IMG/VR virus record: IMGVR_UViG_3300035562_000079
Coordinates: 19,743 to 83,742 of that record
Reading direction: 5' to 3' (one strand)
DNA length: 64,000 nt
Origin: a virus
Lineage: Duplodnaviria; Caudoviricetes
Shown: piece by piece, positions 48,330 to 57,580 of the stretch
Layout of the letters: each line of letters opens with the position of its first letter
Position numbering within the stretch: the stretch's first letter is position 1
Made by a program: the position numbers and the translations under genes
Notes under the pieces: model-generated
Database searches by the model: none
What the model was told of the DNA's origin: nothing
The model's input: the letters and a program-made list of their open reading frames with translations, nothing else

Positions 48330-48881
48330 TTAAGCGCCCTCTTCCAGTGACTGGGAAGGCCGCTCCAGAATCGCTTCAACGCTTTCGGAAAATGCCTGGG
48401 CGCCGCGCTCTTGGAAGGATTGTTCAACCTCATTCTGGAAAGCAATGCCGTCGGCTGTGTTCAAGTGGCCGTGACGATAGCCAGCAGCATAGACCTCACC
48501 GGCCGCTACTGAATGCACTGAGGTTTCCAACAGAAGTGCGTCTATTTTGTTTTTCAGATCAAATACCGCTTGGTAAATGCCCTTATTTTCCACACCGAGC
48601 ATTTCAGCGATCAACGTGCAGGTTTTTAACCCGAAATCCTTATCTTCTTCATTCTCAATTTGGAACGCATCCACCAAAGGAAATAGGCCTTCATCCGGGT
48701 AGTCGGTGCTGTATGCCACCAGCCCGTTAAATGCCTCTGCCCCCTCTTCTGGGGCTGCCGGGATGTGGCCCGACGTAATTGTGTATTGGGCGTCTAATAT
48801 GTCTGATGTCGATTCAGAGACGAGTAAGCCCGTAAACTCTGCCAGATCTTTAACCTGGCGAGCCGAAATGAGGAGTTCCAT
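48330..48881 (-). CDS. Hypothetical protein
   Basis: 183-aa ORF with RBS. Confidence 0.6.
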   Translation of the reverse strand: MELLISARQVKDLAEFTGLLVSESTSDILDAQYTITSGHIPAAPEEGAEAFNGLVAYSTDYPDEGLFPLVDAFQIENEEDKDFGLKTCTLIAEMLGVENKGIYQAVFDLKNKIDALLLETSVHSVAAGEVYAAGYRHGHLNTADGIAFQNEVEQSFQERGAQAFSESVEAILERPSQSLEEGA

Positions 48882-48902
48882 ACTTGTTTACCTTGATGAA
48901 AG

Positions 48903-49031
48903 TTAATCGTAGTTCTTTGTTTCTGGGCGTTTTTTATATTCTTGGTCTGATGCCAACCCCACCCACACCAGCACGCCAACACCTAATAGGATGAATGGGA
49001 GGGCTTTATATAGGACTTCCCAGGTCAGCAT
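48903..49031 (-). CDS. Small single-TM peptide (42 aa, not in ORF track)
   Basis: MLTWEVLYKALPFILLGVGVLVWVGLASDQEYKKRPETKNYD; fills the gap. Confidence 0.45.
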   Translation of the reverse strand: MLTWEVLYKALPFILLGVGVLVWVGLASDQEYKKRPETKNYD

Positions 49032-49033
49032 GG

Positions 49034-49597
49034 TTATTTCCCCGGAGCAGTGATTCGCTGCCAAATAGCAGAAACGTATTTGATCTGGTGGATCGCATCA
49101 TCGAGGGCATTGTGCTTTTCACCTTCAAACGGCATTTCTTTTTTGGGATTGAAGCCGATATCAAGTCCAGCTTTCACTACAGTACGAACATCACTGTCGT
49201 TCCAAAAATCCCAGAACGGCTTTACTCCGCAGCGTTGATAACCAGAACGAAGGATGGTGTTATCGAAGGAAGAGCCATTCCCCCATACCTGTACGCGGCC
49301 TAAGTCGCCACAGTGGGACTTGATGAATCCTCCCAGCCGTTTCAAGGCATCAATGTTTCTTTCACGAGGCTTCGCAGCAACTGCTGCACGAGCAGCTTCA
49401 CTTTGTGCAAGCCACCAATATATGGTTTCACCATCCGGCACTGCACCAAGTGCCAATTCACTCTCCAAATCAACGACAGTGTAAAAACTTGGCCCAACCT
49501 CTCCAGTTTTGATGTCAAATAAGACTGCTGCGATCGAGAGCATTGGCGCCTGTGGGCCATTACCGAGAGTTTCAATATCAACCATTACATGGTGCAT
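49034..49597 (-). CDS. DEDD 3'-5' exonuclease
   Basis: MVDIET, WGNG.SFD, D.RT and HNALDDA motifs. Confidence 0.9.
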   Translation of the reverse strand: MHHVMVDIETLGNGPQAPMLSIAAVLFDIKTGEVGPSFYTVVDLESELALGAVPDGETIYWWLAQSEAARAAVAAKPRERNIDALKRLGGFIKSHCGDLGRVQVWGNGSSFDNTILRSGYQRCGVKPFWDFWNDSDVRTVVKAGLDIGFNPKKEMPFEGEKHNALDDAIHQIKYVSAIWQRITAPGK

Positions 49598-49877
49598 TTT
49601 TTTCCCTATTTTTTAATTTGTTGTTTGGTTTAACCTGGAACCGACCACAATGGAGTGCATTTGAAACCGCTATATCTAGCGCGTTACATTCCCAGGGCCG
49701 GAGTGGCGCCTCTTCTATCCAGCCGATCAACTGATCGTGAAAGAAAACATCCATCCGCCCCACGGTGCATTTCGTTGATATTCCAGCCTTCTGCCAGGGC
49801 CAATCACTGATATGTGGTTTTATGATGAAGGCCAGGTGATCGTCACGCTGGCGCTTCAACTCGGCCATAACATCCAC
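49578..49877 (-). CDS. Hypothetical protein
   Basis: Coupled ORF; start uncertain. Confidence 0.45.
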   Translation of the reverse strand: MDVMAELKRQRDDHLAFIIKPHISDWPWQKAGISTKCTVGRMDVFFHDQLIGWIEEAPLRPWECNALDIAVSNALHCGRFQVKPNNKLKNREKNAPCNG

Positions 49878-50338
49878 TACTTTTCGACCTCGGCAGCATG
49901 ACCAGCATTGATAACAGCCATACGTAACGACTTGATCGAGGTACACCGGTGGCGAAACACTAAGGACGCGAGGTAATCCACCAACTCGAGGAATTTAAGA
50001 CGCCTCTGTAAACGCTGACATTCGTCCGGGGTTAAATCCCCGACAATTGCCCGCGATTTAACGCTGTCCAGCTCTCGAACCAATTCACTATTTCGAGTCA
50101 TTAGAGAACGCCGGTCATCAGTCAATACCTCAATGGTTGCTTTATGCTCCTCAGTAGCCTGCTGACGGCCTGCCGCTTCCGCTTTACTAGTTAGCTCAAG
50201 CAGCGTCGTGAAAGAGCTACCAGCCATGCTAAGGGGCTTCCGAGTGTCGACACCGACCGGAATCGTCACTTTCATGCCCAGCCATTCCGCCAAAGATCGG
50301 ATTTGCGAAAAGGAAACCTGTTCCAATACTGTTTTCAT
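49877..50338 (-). CDS. Hypothetical coiled-coil protein
   Basis: ORF with RBS. Confidence 0.55.
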   Translation of the reverse strand: MKTVLEQVSFSQIRSLAEWLGMKVTIPVGVDTRKPLSMAGSSFTTLLELTSKAEAAGRQQATEEHKATIEVLTDDRRSLMTRNSELVRELDSVKSRAIVGDLTPDECQRLQRRLKFLELVDYLASLVFRHRCTSIKSLRMAVINAGHAAEVEK

Positions 50339-50368
50339 CGTTCTTTCTCAAAAGGTAATCAGGGAGAG

Positions 50369-51691
50369 TTACTTCTTGCCTTTGCGATGTTTCTTACTAC
50401 GGCCAACGATCGGCGCGTCTGCTCGTCCTTTGGTTTGCCCGGATAGCCCAACCAGACGACTGATAGTTTCTTCAATGGTGCTAGATGATTCAGGGAGCAT
50501 TGGCTTCTCAATTTCAATAGGGCCAAGCTCCGCCTCCCATGCGGCCTTATAGACGTATGCAATAGAACGGATCTTCCTGGCAGTCACTTCACCGATTCCC
50601 TTCAATTTCTCGAGATCAGTGGTAAATGCATTGCCCAGGTGCGACAAAGTAGTGATTTCCAGTTCGGCCATTTTCACAACGTCGGCTGGTTTTAACTCTG
50701 GAACGTCAACAAGCTTCACGCGATCGGCATATTCGAAGAAGGACGCTAGGTGCGGGTTTGTTACCGCAACAAGCGCATGATGCGCGCGCGTCAACTCGTT
50801 ATAGAGGTCTTGGGGGATCTCGTTCTTGAAAATAGCGAGGTTCTGGTACTGGACAATGCCCCACTCGCTAATGCGAGCAACGAGGTCTACGCCGTAGGTA
50901 CTGCGTAGGTTGATATGGAAGTTCAGGTTATTAACAAATGCTGGCTGATCTACATCGCGTGGCGCATTCGGGTATTGCAGCGGATACATGAAGAAGTGCA
51001 TGTAGAACTTTAGGCCCGGATTTGCACTACTCTGCCAGAAGCGGTCACCACAAAAACCGTTAATAATATCCTGCTCGCGGCGGGAATAGTCCCGGTAGTG
51101 AAGCAGAGCAATATGATCCAACTGCATTTTGTTGTATGACAGCGAGGTTTTGTCGTGCACCGTCATTTCCTGCCCCAAACGCTTACGCAACTGTGTGACT
51201 TTACCGCGCGCTTCACTCAGTTCTGTTTCTGTGGTTTTCAGCTTTACGGTAAGGCGGCGCAGAGCTTCGGCATGGTCAGCCTTCAAGTCATCATGTCGTT
51301 GAGCTAATCGCTCTACTTCTCGCTCTAAGCTTCGTTTTTCTTCGGCGGTTATACCTGTGGACTGACCCAACTCAGCACTAAGCAAATGCAACTCATCAGC
51401 TTTGATCGACAGCTGAAGGCGCAAGTTTGTAATGCTATTGTCTCGGGCCTCTACAGCATCCACCAGCTCGTTGTAACCGTCTGCCTCAGCAGTAGCAAAA
51501 ATCGCAATGTTGCGAGCCAGGTCGGCTAAATCGGCCTCCATGCGCTCCATGCTTGCCCGGAACACTGAGTTACCTGCCACGCGGCTACAGATGGTCGCTT
51601 CAGACGATAACATGTTGATTTGTGCAACCAGGATATCCGCATCTGGTACGAAGGCCGATTCCGGTTCGGCCACTAATAATGCGTCAGTCAT
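50369..51691 (-). CDS. pmgS: PmgS-like coiled-coil protein with C-terminal HhH
   Basis: AEAD..N.LVDA and RI.EW..Q.LAIF motifs as in P1 PmgS; LKGIGEVTA HhH. Confidence 0.7.
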   Translation of the reverse strand: MTDALLVAEPESAFVPDADILVAQINMLSSEATICSRVAGNSVFRASMERMEADLADLARNIAIFATAEADGYNELVDAVEARDNSITNLRLQLSIKADELHLLSAELGQSTGITAEEKRSLEREVERLAQRHDDLKADHAEALRRLTVKLKTTETELSEARGKVTQLRKRLGQEMTVHDKTSLSYNKMQLDHIALLHYRDYSRREQDIINGFCGDRFWQSSANPGLKFYMHFFMYPLQYPNAPRDVDQPAFVNNLNFHINLRSTYGVDLVARISEWGIVQYQNLAIFKNEIPQDLYNELTRAHHALVAVTNPHLASFFEYADRVKLVDVPELKPADVVKMAELEITTLSHLGNAFTTDLEKLKGIGEVTARKIRSIAYVYKAAWEAELGPIEIEKPMLPESSSTIEETISRLVGLSGQTKGRADAPIVGRSKKHRKGKK

Positions 51692-51906
51692 TAGAACTCT
51701 TGCTCCCACTGCTTTTGTGTCATTTTTCCGCGATACACAACCTGTGCAAGTATCGCCCCAGGCTCCAGGCCTAATTCGTTCTTCAAAACTTCAATACGAC
51801 GGTAGCCAAGGCGCTTGTGCCTGTACCGTACATCTATCTGGTGCCGCTTTTTGTCACTTTGTTCAAACACCAACGAAAACCAGTAATACCTACGTTTAAA
51901 CATCAA
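51691..51906 (-). CDS. Small hypothetical protein (pmgR position)
   Basis: TAATG-coupled to pmgS. Confidence 0.5.
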   Translation of the reverse strand: MMFKRRYYWFSLVFEQSDKKRHQIDVRYRHKRLGYRRIEVLKNELGLEPGAILAQVVYRGKMTQKQWEQEF

Positions 51907-52087
51907 AACACCATGTTGTTAGCGTAAATCTAATAATATATTAGATATATTACAAAACACCGGATCGATTTGCATTAAATTTGTTAGTTTTACGCAACAC
52001 TGATTATAGATTTTTGAGGGGTGAGGACTAAGCTGAAGCGTTGAGGAAGGTCAGCAGATGACGTTATGCCAACCTTATCTATTGATA

Positions 52088-52267
52088 TTACTTGATTTTA
52101 AACGCGCAAAAGCTCGATAGGAAAAATGCGACGATAGCGTTTAAAAGCACCGCAAAAGTGTCAGATGCCAGGCCGAACATATGGAGCGGCAGCATGTTTA
52201 CTGTAAAAAACCCGGCAAATACCCCGGTCGCTACAATTCGACGGCGGGTAAAGAAGTCCTTAATCAA
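52088..52267 (-). CDS. Small hydrophobic protein (59 aa, not in ORF track)
   Basis: GGAGG plus TTG start; MIKDFFTRRRIVATGVFAGFF...AVLLNAIVAFFLSSFCAFKIK. Confidence 0.45.
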   Translation of the reverse strand: MIKDFFTRRRIVATGVFAGFFTVNMLPLHMFGLASDTFAVLLNAIVAFFLSSFCAFKIK

Positions 52268-52571
52268 GAAGCCTCCGGGTCGTGTCGACCATAATTTTTT
52301 TATTCATCGCATATGCGTAGTTGTATTCCGCTACAGAAACCGGAGATTTTTGGAAGTCACGAGGAAACCAAACTACCGCGCAAGCCACCAGCATTGCCAG
52401 GCGCATCATGGATACCGTTTCAAGGGGCTGGCTAATCATCGTTTCAGGCGGCTCGATGAGAGCATAACCCTGCTCTTCAAAAGTCGCCTTCACGTTGCAA
52501 AGCTTGGTTCTCATTATACGGGCATCGACATCATGAGGAGTCGACAGATAAACACTTATCAAATCCGCCAT
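52260..52571 (-). CDS. DUF4406-like protein
   Basis: VYLS.P..GY...P..C.....F.KS....AEY.YA pattern. Confidence 0.55.
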   Translation of the reverse strand: MADLISVYLSTPHDVDARIMRTKLCNVKATFEEQGYALIEPPETMISQPLETVSMMRLAMLVACAVVWFPRDFQKSPVSVAEYNYAYAMNKKIMVDTTRRLLD

Positions 52572-53143
52572 ACTTCATCACGCTCCCGCAGGGGCATTGA
52601 GGCACCAGCCTCAAGATGCCAGTATGACATGATCACCTCGATGGCTTCACTATGCCCAACACACAGCGCACAGTAATAACCTTCTGCCGTTAGGCGTTTC
52701 AACCAATCTTTTTGCTCTTCGGATGCGCCGTTCTTCCCATATTTCAGCTCTATCCGCATACCATGATACTTACCGCGTGCTGCATCGAGCGACATATCCG
52801 GGTACCCCTTCTTTTGGCCCTCAGCCTTTAGCTTTCCTCCGGTTGCCTTGGTTCTTTGGCCACCATTAGGCGTAGAGTGCAGCAGGTGATAAATTCCCTG
52901 ATGGTGGCGCTCGAAATAATGGAACACTCTGACCTGTTCGTAGTGCTCTTGTTGGCCCTTAATCAGGTCGGGATTCTTATCAAGCAAAGCCAACGCGATA
53001 GCATGCGCCGATTTCTTCACTGCGCTTTTAATCACTTCTCCCAGGATGTTGCCCTTTCCGCTAACTCGCGAGGTTTTACGATTTGGGCGCCCCCCCATTT
53101 TTTTTTGATGATCTGCTAACCATTCCTCGGTGAACCTAATCAT
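52559..53143 (-). CDS. pmgM: VRR-NUC nuclease PmgM
   Basis: TPNGG.R...K.EG.KKGYPD..IELK..EQ..W motif. Confidence 0.85.
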   Translation of the reverse strand: MIRFTEEWLADHQKKMGGRPNRKTSRVSGKGNILGEVIKSAVKKSAHAIALALLDKNPDLIKGQQEHYEQVRVFHYFERHHQGIYHLLHSTPNGGQRTKATGGKLKAEGQKKGYPDMSLDAARGKYHGMRIELKYGKNGASEEQKDWLKRLTAEGYYCALCVGHSEAIEVIMSYWHLEAGASMPLRERDEVWRI

Positions 53144-53300
53144 TGGAACCTCTCCGGGATCGACGGATTTCTTTGGCCTGGTTAAGCTTCGCCATCGGAT
53201 CAAAAGTGGTTTTTCCGTCTTCAGCAGGCTCTTTCAGTTTGCGGGGTGTGCTCAGTCGATAGATGCTACTGTCCGCGATTTTCCGTTCAGCTCTTGCCAT
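53136..53300 (-). CDS. Small basic protein (54 aa, pmgL position)
   Basis: Manual translation MARAERKIADSSIYRL...; overlaps the pmgM start. Confidence 0.45.
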   Translation of the reverse strand: MARAERKIADSSIYRLSTPRKLKEPAEDGKTTFDPMAKLNQAKEIRRSRRGSND

Positions 53301-53360
53301 CACTCACTCATTAAAATTAAAAAACTAACTAATAATTAGATTAACGCTAACACCTGTAAT

Positions 53361-53666
53361 CTATAATCGCGTGCTGATATCTACTTTTGCCACTCCCGTT
53401 TGAGCAAGTACCTCCGCATTCATACGATCGACATTCTCACGCAGCCACTTCCCTGCCTCCATTTCTCCTCGAAACTTCTCTGGCGCACCAGGAATTTTTT
53501 TTCCAGGTGGAACCCTGTATCGATCTGGTGATATTGGGTCAACAGGGAAATATCCAACCTCAAAGTGTGGTGCTGCCGTTGCCCTCCATCCTCCAGAAGG
53601 GAAGTAGCCAGGTGTTACACGAGTAACGTAGAATAAGCCTGCGCTGCGTTTGAATTCAATGCTCAT
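53361..53666 (-). CDS. Hypothetical protein
   Basis: ORF with RBS. Confidence 0.55.
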   Translation of the reverse strand: MSIEFKRSAGLFYVTRVTPGYFPSGGWRATAAPHFEVGYFPVDPISPDRYRVPPGKKIPGAPEKFRGEMEAGKWLRENVDRMNAEVLAQTGVAKVDISTRL

Positions 53667-53758
53667 AACAACCTTTAACCATGTAAAACTAATTAACTAT
53701 TAGAATAACATTATTACAGGCAAAAAAAAGGCACCGCGAGGCACCTTTATGAATTAGT

Positions 53759-53799
53759 AAGTATGAAGTATGAAGTATGAAGTATGAAGTATGATTTAT
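53759..53799. repeat. Heptamer array (AAGTATG)5, putative centromere
   Basis: Five exact tandem copies right after the RHH partition gene. Confidence 0.8.
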
Positions 53800-54122
53800 A
53801 GTTTATTGAGTTCAGCCAGGTACTTCTCTACCGCTTCTCGCATAATCGCACTGACGCTTTTTGGGTTCTTCCCCGCTCGTTTATTGCTCAGCGCCAAATC
53901 TTCAATTTTGCGCTGTAGTGCCATTGGCAACGAAATAGCAGTGCGCGTCATCTGTTCAGCTGGTGCTGGGGCCGCCGCAGGTGCTACTGACGCCTCTGGC
54001 TCAGCTTCATGCTGCCCGTATGGTCGATCAGACAAACGCTTAGCGAGGGCTTCAACCTCGGCTTCACTTGGTGCGGGGCGGCGATCTACCTGTACGCGTT
54101 CGCTTGGTTTTTTCACAGCCAT
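53796..54122 (-). CDS. ParG-like RHH centromere-binding protein
   Basis: Flexible N-terminus plus RTAISLP...SVSAIMREAVEKYL; coupled to parA. Confidence 0.75.
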   Translation of the reverse strand: MAVKKPSERVQVDRRPAPSEAEVEALAKRLSDRPYGQHEAEPEASVAPAAAPAPAEQMTRTAISLPMALQRKIEDLALSNKRAGKNPKSVSAIMREAVEKYLAELNKL

Positions 54123-54757
54123 TAGAATACCTCGTCAATCAAAGACCAAATTTCAACTTTCGCTTTTTCGTTGTCTGTTTCGAGCACCGACTTACCTTCA
54201 GCCATCACATCGCGATAAACCTTGCGGAAGCAACTCTTAGAATTCAAGGGCTTGAGTTGGTCAAACTCTGCTACATAATCCAGAAATTCTTTGCGCTCAG
54301 TCCCAGCCAAAATAGGATTTGTTGAGGCAATACTTTGATAGCAATACGCTTTCAGATCGGGGTTTAAATCTCGAACTTGAATTAATTGCTCTTGCAGCTC
54401 CAGCATTGTGTCGAGATCCAGTTGCGAACACTGATGCGGTGCAATGAGTTGATGGGCCACTGTGCAGGCGGTGATCAGTTCTCGGCTGTTACGCCCGGCC
54501 ACATCCACGATGACGTGTTTGTATTTTTCGTCAAGGCTTCGTAGCGTAGCTGCAATGTTGCCTGTTTTCTGGATTAGGGTGATAAACGGCTGAAGGCCTG
54601 ATGATTCACGCTCAGCATTCCAACGAGACGCCGACAACTGTATATCAGCATCCACCAGCACAGCCTCTTCACCACGCAGTGCCAGCCCCACCGCTATGTT
54701 TACGGCTGTTGTAGTTTTCGAACATCCACCCTTGTTTGCGCCAACGACAGTGATCAT
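54122..54757 (-). CDS. parA: ParA/ParF Walker ATPase (type Ib)
   Basis: KGGCSKTT, VDAD.Q and IVD motifs; 211 aa with no HTH. Confidence 0.92.
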   Translation of the reverse strand: MITVVGANKGGCSKTTTAVNIAVGLALRGEEAVLVDADIQLSASRWNAERESSGLQPFITLIQKTGNIAATLRSLDEKYKHVIVDVAGRNSRELITACTVAHQLIAPHQCSQLDLDTMLELQEQLIQVRDLNPDLKAYCYQSIASTNPILAGTERKEFLDYVAEFDQLKPLNSKSCFRKVYRDVMAEGKSVLETDNEKAKVEIWSLIDEVF

Positions 54758-54770
54758 GCGAACCCTCGAT

Positions 54771-54935
54771 ATAACTTCATAATTTACACGTATGAGTTAA
54801 CACTTATGAATTCATACGTATGAAATATGAACTGTGTGCCACCCTAGAATTTGATTGATTATTATCCCAATAAACCAAAATGTAAAGTCATACTTTATAC
54901 TTATAACTTATGAAGTATGATTTATTACTTATGAG
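54771..54935. repeat. Degenerate heptamer repeats in the parA promoter
   Basis: Many TATGAA/CATACTT variants including TATGAAGTATGATTTAT. Confidence 0.65.
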
Positions 54936-55082
54936 ACAATCATTAAAAAAGGGCGCATTGCGCCCTTAGTTTCAGTAGTTCCTTAGTTAGACAACGCTTA
55001 GTGTTCGCTGGCCGGACTTAGGTCGCTTGTCAGCATTGCAGCGCGGCAGGGGTTCCACATGCCAGTTTGTTCAACTCATCTT

Positions 55083-55400
55083 TCATTTGTCTGCTCCGCA
55101 TTTTCCGCAACGTTCATGACCACTAAAATCGTACCAGCTAGAACCCTCGTGCTTGCAGTCTTCCCATTCTGAAAGGTCGGACTTTAGCTCGGCAATGCGC
55201 CGTTTTGCATCTTCCAGCGCCTGCTCAGACTCGGTTAGCAATGAGTCGCGATTCTCTAGAGCTTCCAGCAGAGCAAGTACGACAGCGGGGTTAGCAGCAG
55301 CGATGAATATCGCATCTTGTCCCGGTGTTGCGGCAAGTGCGGCAATTGCGGCCGCTTTCAGTTCTTCCATCATGAAGATTTTGTTTTCTGTCTTGCTCAA
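55083..55400 (-). CDS. Ead/Ea22-like protein
   Basis: FIAAANPAVVLALL signature. Confidence 0.75.
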   Translation of the reverse strand: MSKTENKIFMMEELKAAAIAALAATPGQDAIFIAAANPAVVLALLEALENRDSLLTESEQALEDAKRRIAELKSDLSEWEDCKHEGSSWYDFSGHERCGKCGADK

Positions 55401-55418
55401 AATGCTTTCTCCTGGGCT

Positions 55419-55679
55419 TCAGCCCGATTGCTTTGGCTGATAGAACGCATCCATCAGGAAGCGCTTGCCGAGTTTGGTTAACTTCCCGTGCAGCTTCTTC
55501 GTGAAGCCGATTTCCACCATGATGGTGGAGAGGGTGTGACCAGACCACGAATCGCACGCCGCCTTCAGACATCCTTGCTCTAACATTTTCCGTTTGTTAA
55601 CCGGGCCAAAATTGGTGCCTTCGAAAGCTTGTTCGATATATTCATCAGTGATGTGGTCGCAGTGGATCGGCTTAGCCAT
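55419..55679 (-). CDS. Hypothetical protein
   Basis: Coupled ORF. Confidence 0.6.
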   Translation of the reverse strand: MAKPIHCDHITDEYIEQAFEGTNFGPVNKRKMLEQGCLKAACDSWSGHTLSTIMVEIGFTKKLHGKLTKLGKRFLMDAFYQPKQSG

Positions 55680-55989
55680 ACTGGGCCTCCTGCGCCAATT
55701 TACGTACTCTGATTAATTCTGGATTCTTCAACTTACAAAGCTGCATCGTCGCCTCGTCTATCGTTTTAAACGTATGCGCCTCTGTGATTTCTCGCGTCCA
55801 GTATTTGGCTTTGTGCTCGCCCAAGTCGCGTTCAAAATACAGGCGGTCAACGCCAATCCATTTCGGCTTCCCGTTCATCATCACAATGCCGCGATCGTCT
55901 GTGAGAATGTCGTCGCCCTCGAATGCCATGAGGACAAACGGCCCCTCTGGATTCAGAGTGCTCAGCTTCAGTTCATTTTCTGGCATCAC
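55672..55989 (-). CDS. Hypothetical protein
   Basis: Coupled ORF. Confidence 0.6.
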   Translation of the reverse strand: MMPENELKLSTLNPEGPFVLMAFEGDDILTDDRGIVMMNGKPKWIGVDRLYFERDLGEHKAKYWTREITEAHTFKTIDEATMQLCKLKNPELIRVRKLAQEAQYG

Positions 55990-56432
55990 GCACCTCCCTC
56001 GGTGGCATCCTGATAACTTTCCGGCACCAGCAGCGAAAACACCTTGTGCGGGCGCTGGTGCGTCTCGAAGAAGCTAAGTCGGCCTTTCGTTGGACAGAAT
56101 GGCAGCGGGCGCGCATCGGACAGCGTGAAGCCCACAGGGCCGTAGAACCACGGAGATCCGCTCTCAGTTACGCAGTCGGTAATGGTCGCAACACCAACAA
56201 TGCCACCCAGCTCGAAATACTCAGGCTTTGGCATGCTCAGGGCTACTTTCCAACCACCGGCTTGACGAAGAATTTCGCGAGCGACCTCAACCTCTGCCTT
56301 TGTAGGCTTTCGCGCTGATGCGTGGATCAATACCGGCCCGCGATATTTCGTGTTCCAGCTGCGGTTTTCAATGCCCTTGTGACCGTTCACGATGAGCCAG
56401 GCCCAAGGCTGGCGAATTGATAGAGCCTTCAT
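55986..56432 (-). CDS. ASCH domain protein
   Basis: MKALSIRQPWAWLIVNG.K.IENR.W..YRG..LIHA. Confidence 0.9.
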   Translation of the reverse strand: MKALSIRQPWAWLIVNGHKGIENRSWNTKYRGPVLIHASARKPTKAEVEVAREILRQAGGWKVALSMPKPEYFELGGIVGVATITDCVTESGSPWFYGPVGFTLSDARPLPFCPTKGRLSFFETHQRPHKVFSLLVPESYQDATEGGA

Positions 56433-56550
56433 CTTTCTACTCCGCGACACCAACCGTTACCGGGGCATCAGATATGAAAGCGCCCAAAGAGGGCGCTGGA
56501 TAGTTAGAGGGGGCTGTGCTCCGAAGGATCAATAACCCCTTCGGCCTCGA

Positions 56551-56898
56551 TTACCAATCAAAGAGTGGCAGGCCTTCGACCGTTGCTGCACCAACATCAA
56601 AATTGATAGCATCGAACCCTGCTTCCATGAGCACAGTGATTGTGGCTATGGTCGGCTCGCTAATTCCACAATGAGTAAGCACGTCAGCCCATTCTTCATC
56701 TTCGCGTGGGAGAACGATCCAGCCTGAGCCAGTGCAAACGAGCCAATTCAGACCCTCTTCTTCCTGTTTATCCCAACTCAAAGTCGGGAGCACCCCAGAA
56801 TCACACTCTGGAACGTGCGCGGTACTGATCACAGCCATCTTGACGCTTGGAACCTTGGCCGCCAACTTAGCCAACTCGGTCATATTGAATTTGTTCAT
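56551..56898 (-). CDS. Hypothetical conserved phage/plasmid protein
   Basis: ISTAHV...FD.....GLP.FDW pattern. Confidence 0.65.
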   Translation of the reverse strand: MNKFNMTELAKLAAKVPSVKMAVISTAHVPECDSGVLPTLSWDKQEEEGLNWLVCTGSGWIVLPREDEEWADVLTHCGISEPTIATITVLMEAGFDAINFDVGAATVEGLPLFDW

Positions 56899-56940
56899 GA
56901 TATTTCTCGAAACTTTCCGCCCTGAGGAGTCGTACAAACG

Positions 56941-57135
56941 TTATTTTTCAAGTAGCAAAAGCATTTCTTCCGCTGCAACGTTGAGAATTAATTCCTCGTA
57001 CTGTTCCCCCGCTTCATCGATTACAGCACTGTTGTCAGCATTGCCCTTGGCGTATTGCGCTTTAGCGTCAACCAGCGTTTTTGCCGCATTCACAATGCGT
57101 GCTCGAGTATTTTCTACGGTTCGCCCTTTTTTCAT
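56941..57135 (-). CDS. Hypothetical protein
   Basis: RBS GAGG. Confidence 0.55.
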   Translation of the reverse strand: MKKGRTVENTRARIVNAAKTLVDAKAQYAKGNADNSAVIDEAGEQYEELILNVAAEEMLLLLEK

Positions 57136-57180
57136 TGTTGAAACCTCTGTTGAAAGCCCCGGCTTGCCGGGGCGTTGTTG

Positions 57181-57360
57181 TTAACGGGTGGCAAACACGT
57201 AGACGGCATTAAGCACGGTCATCACACCGATGGTGCCGAGCGCCATACCAAGAAACTGAAGCAGTTTTGGAACAGAAGAGGTGGAAGGTTTTGCCGCTGA
57301 GCGGCTTGCAGGGCGGGCATTTACAAAATCCACCAGCATAGACACTTGATTCTTAGACAT
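57181..57360 (-). CDS. Small C-terminally anchored membrane protein
   Basis: Hydrophobic C-terminus; first gene after a promoter/leader. Confidence 0.5.
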   Translation of the reverse strand: MSKNQVSMLVDFVNARPASRSAAKPSTSSVPKLLQFLGMALGTIGVMTVLNAVYVFATR

Positions 57361-57580
57361 GATAGTATTCTCGTCGTTAGGTAACACGGGATTGGAAATT
57401 TTCGTCGATTGACAACCCCTCATTAAAACCCGCTTCGGCGGGTTTTTTTGTGCCTGTTTTCCGGCACAAGACAACTATACATTTATTGATTAGTTTAACG
57501 CAACAAAAAATCATGTTTTTGCAATCAAAGTTGATTCAAAGTTGTTATAAATCATAATTGTAAGCATAAAAAAAGAGAGC

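Noticed and set aside
53759-53793. Heptamer run as a phase-variation SSR
   Set aside because: Intergenic, 3' of the par operon, and echoed in the parA promoter, so better explained as a centromere
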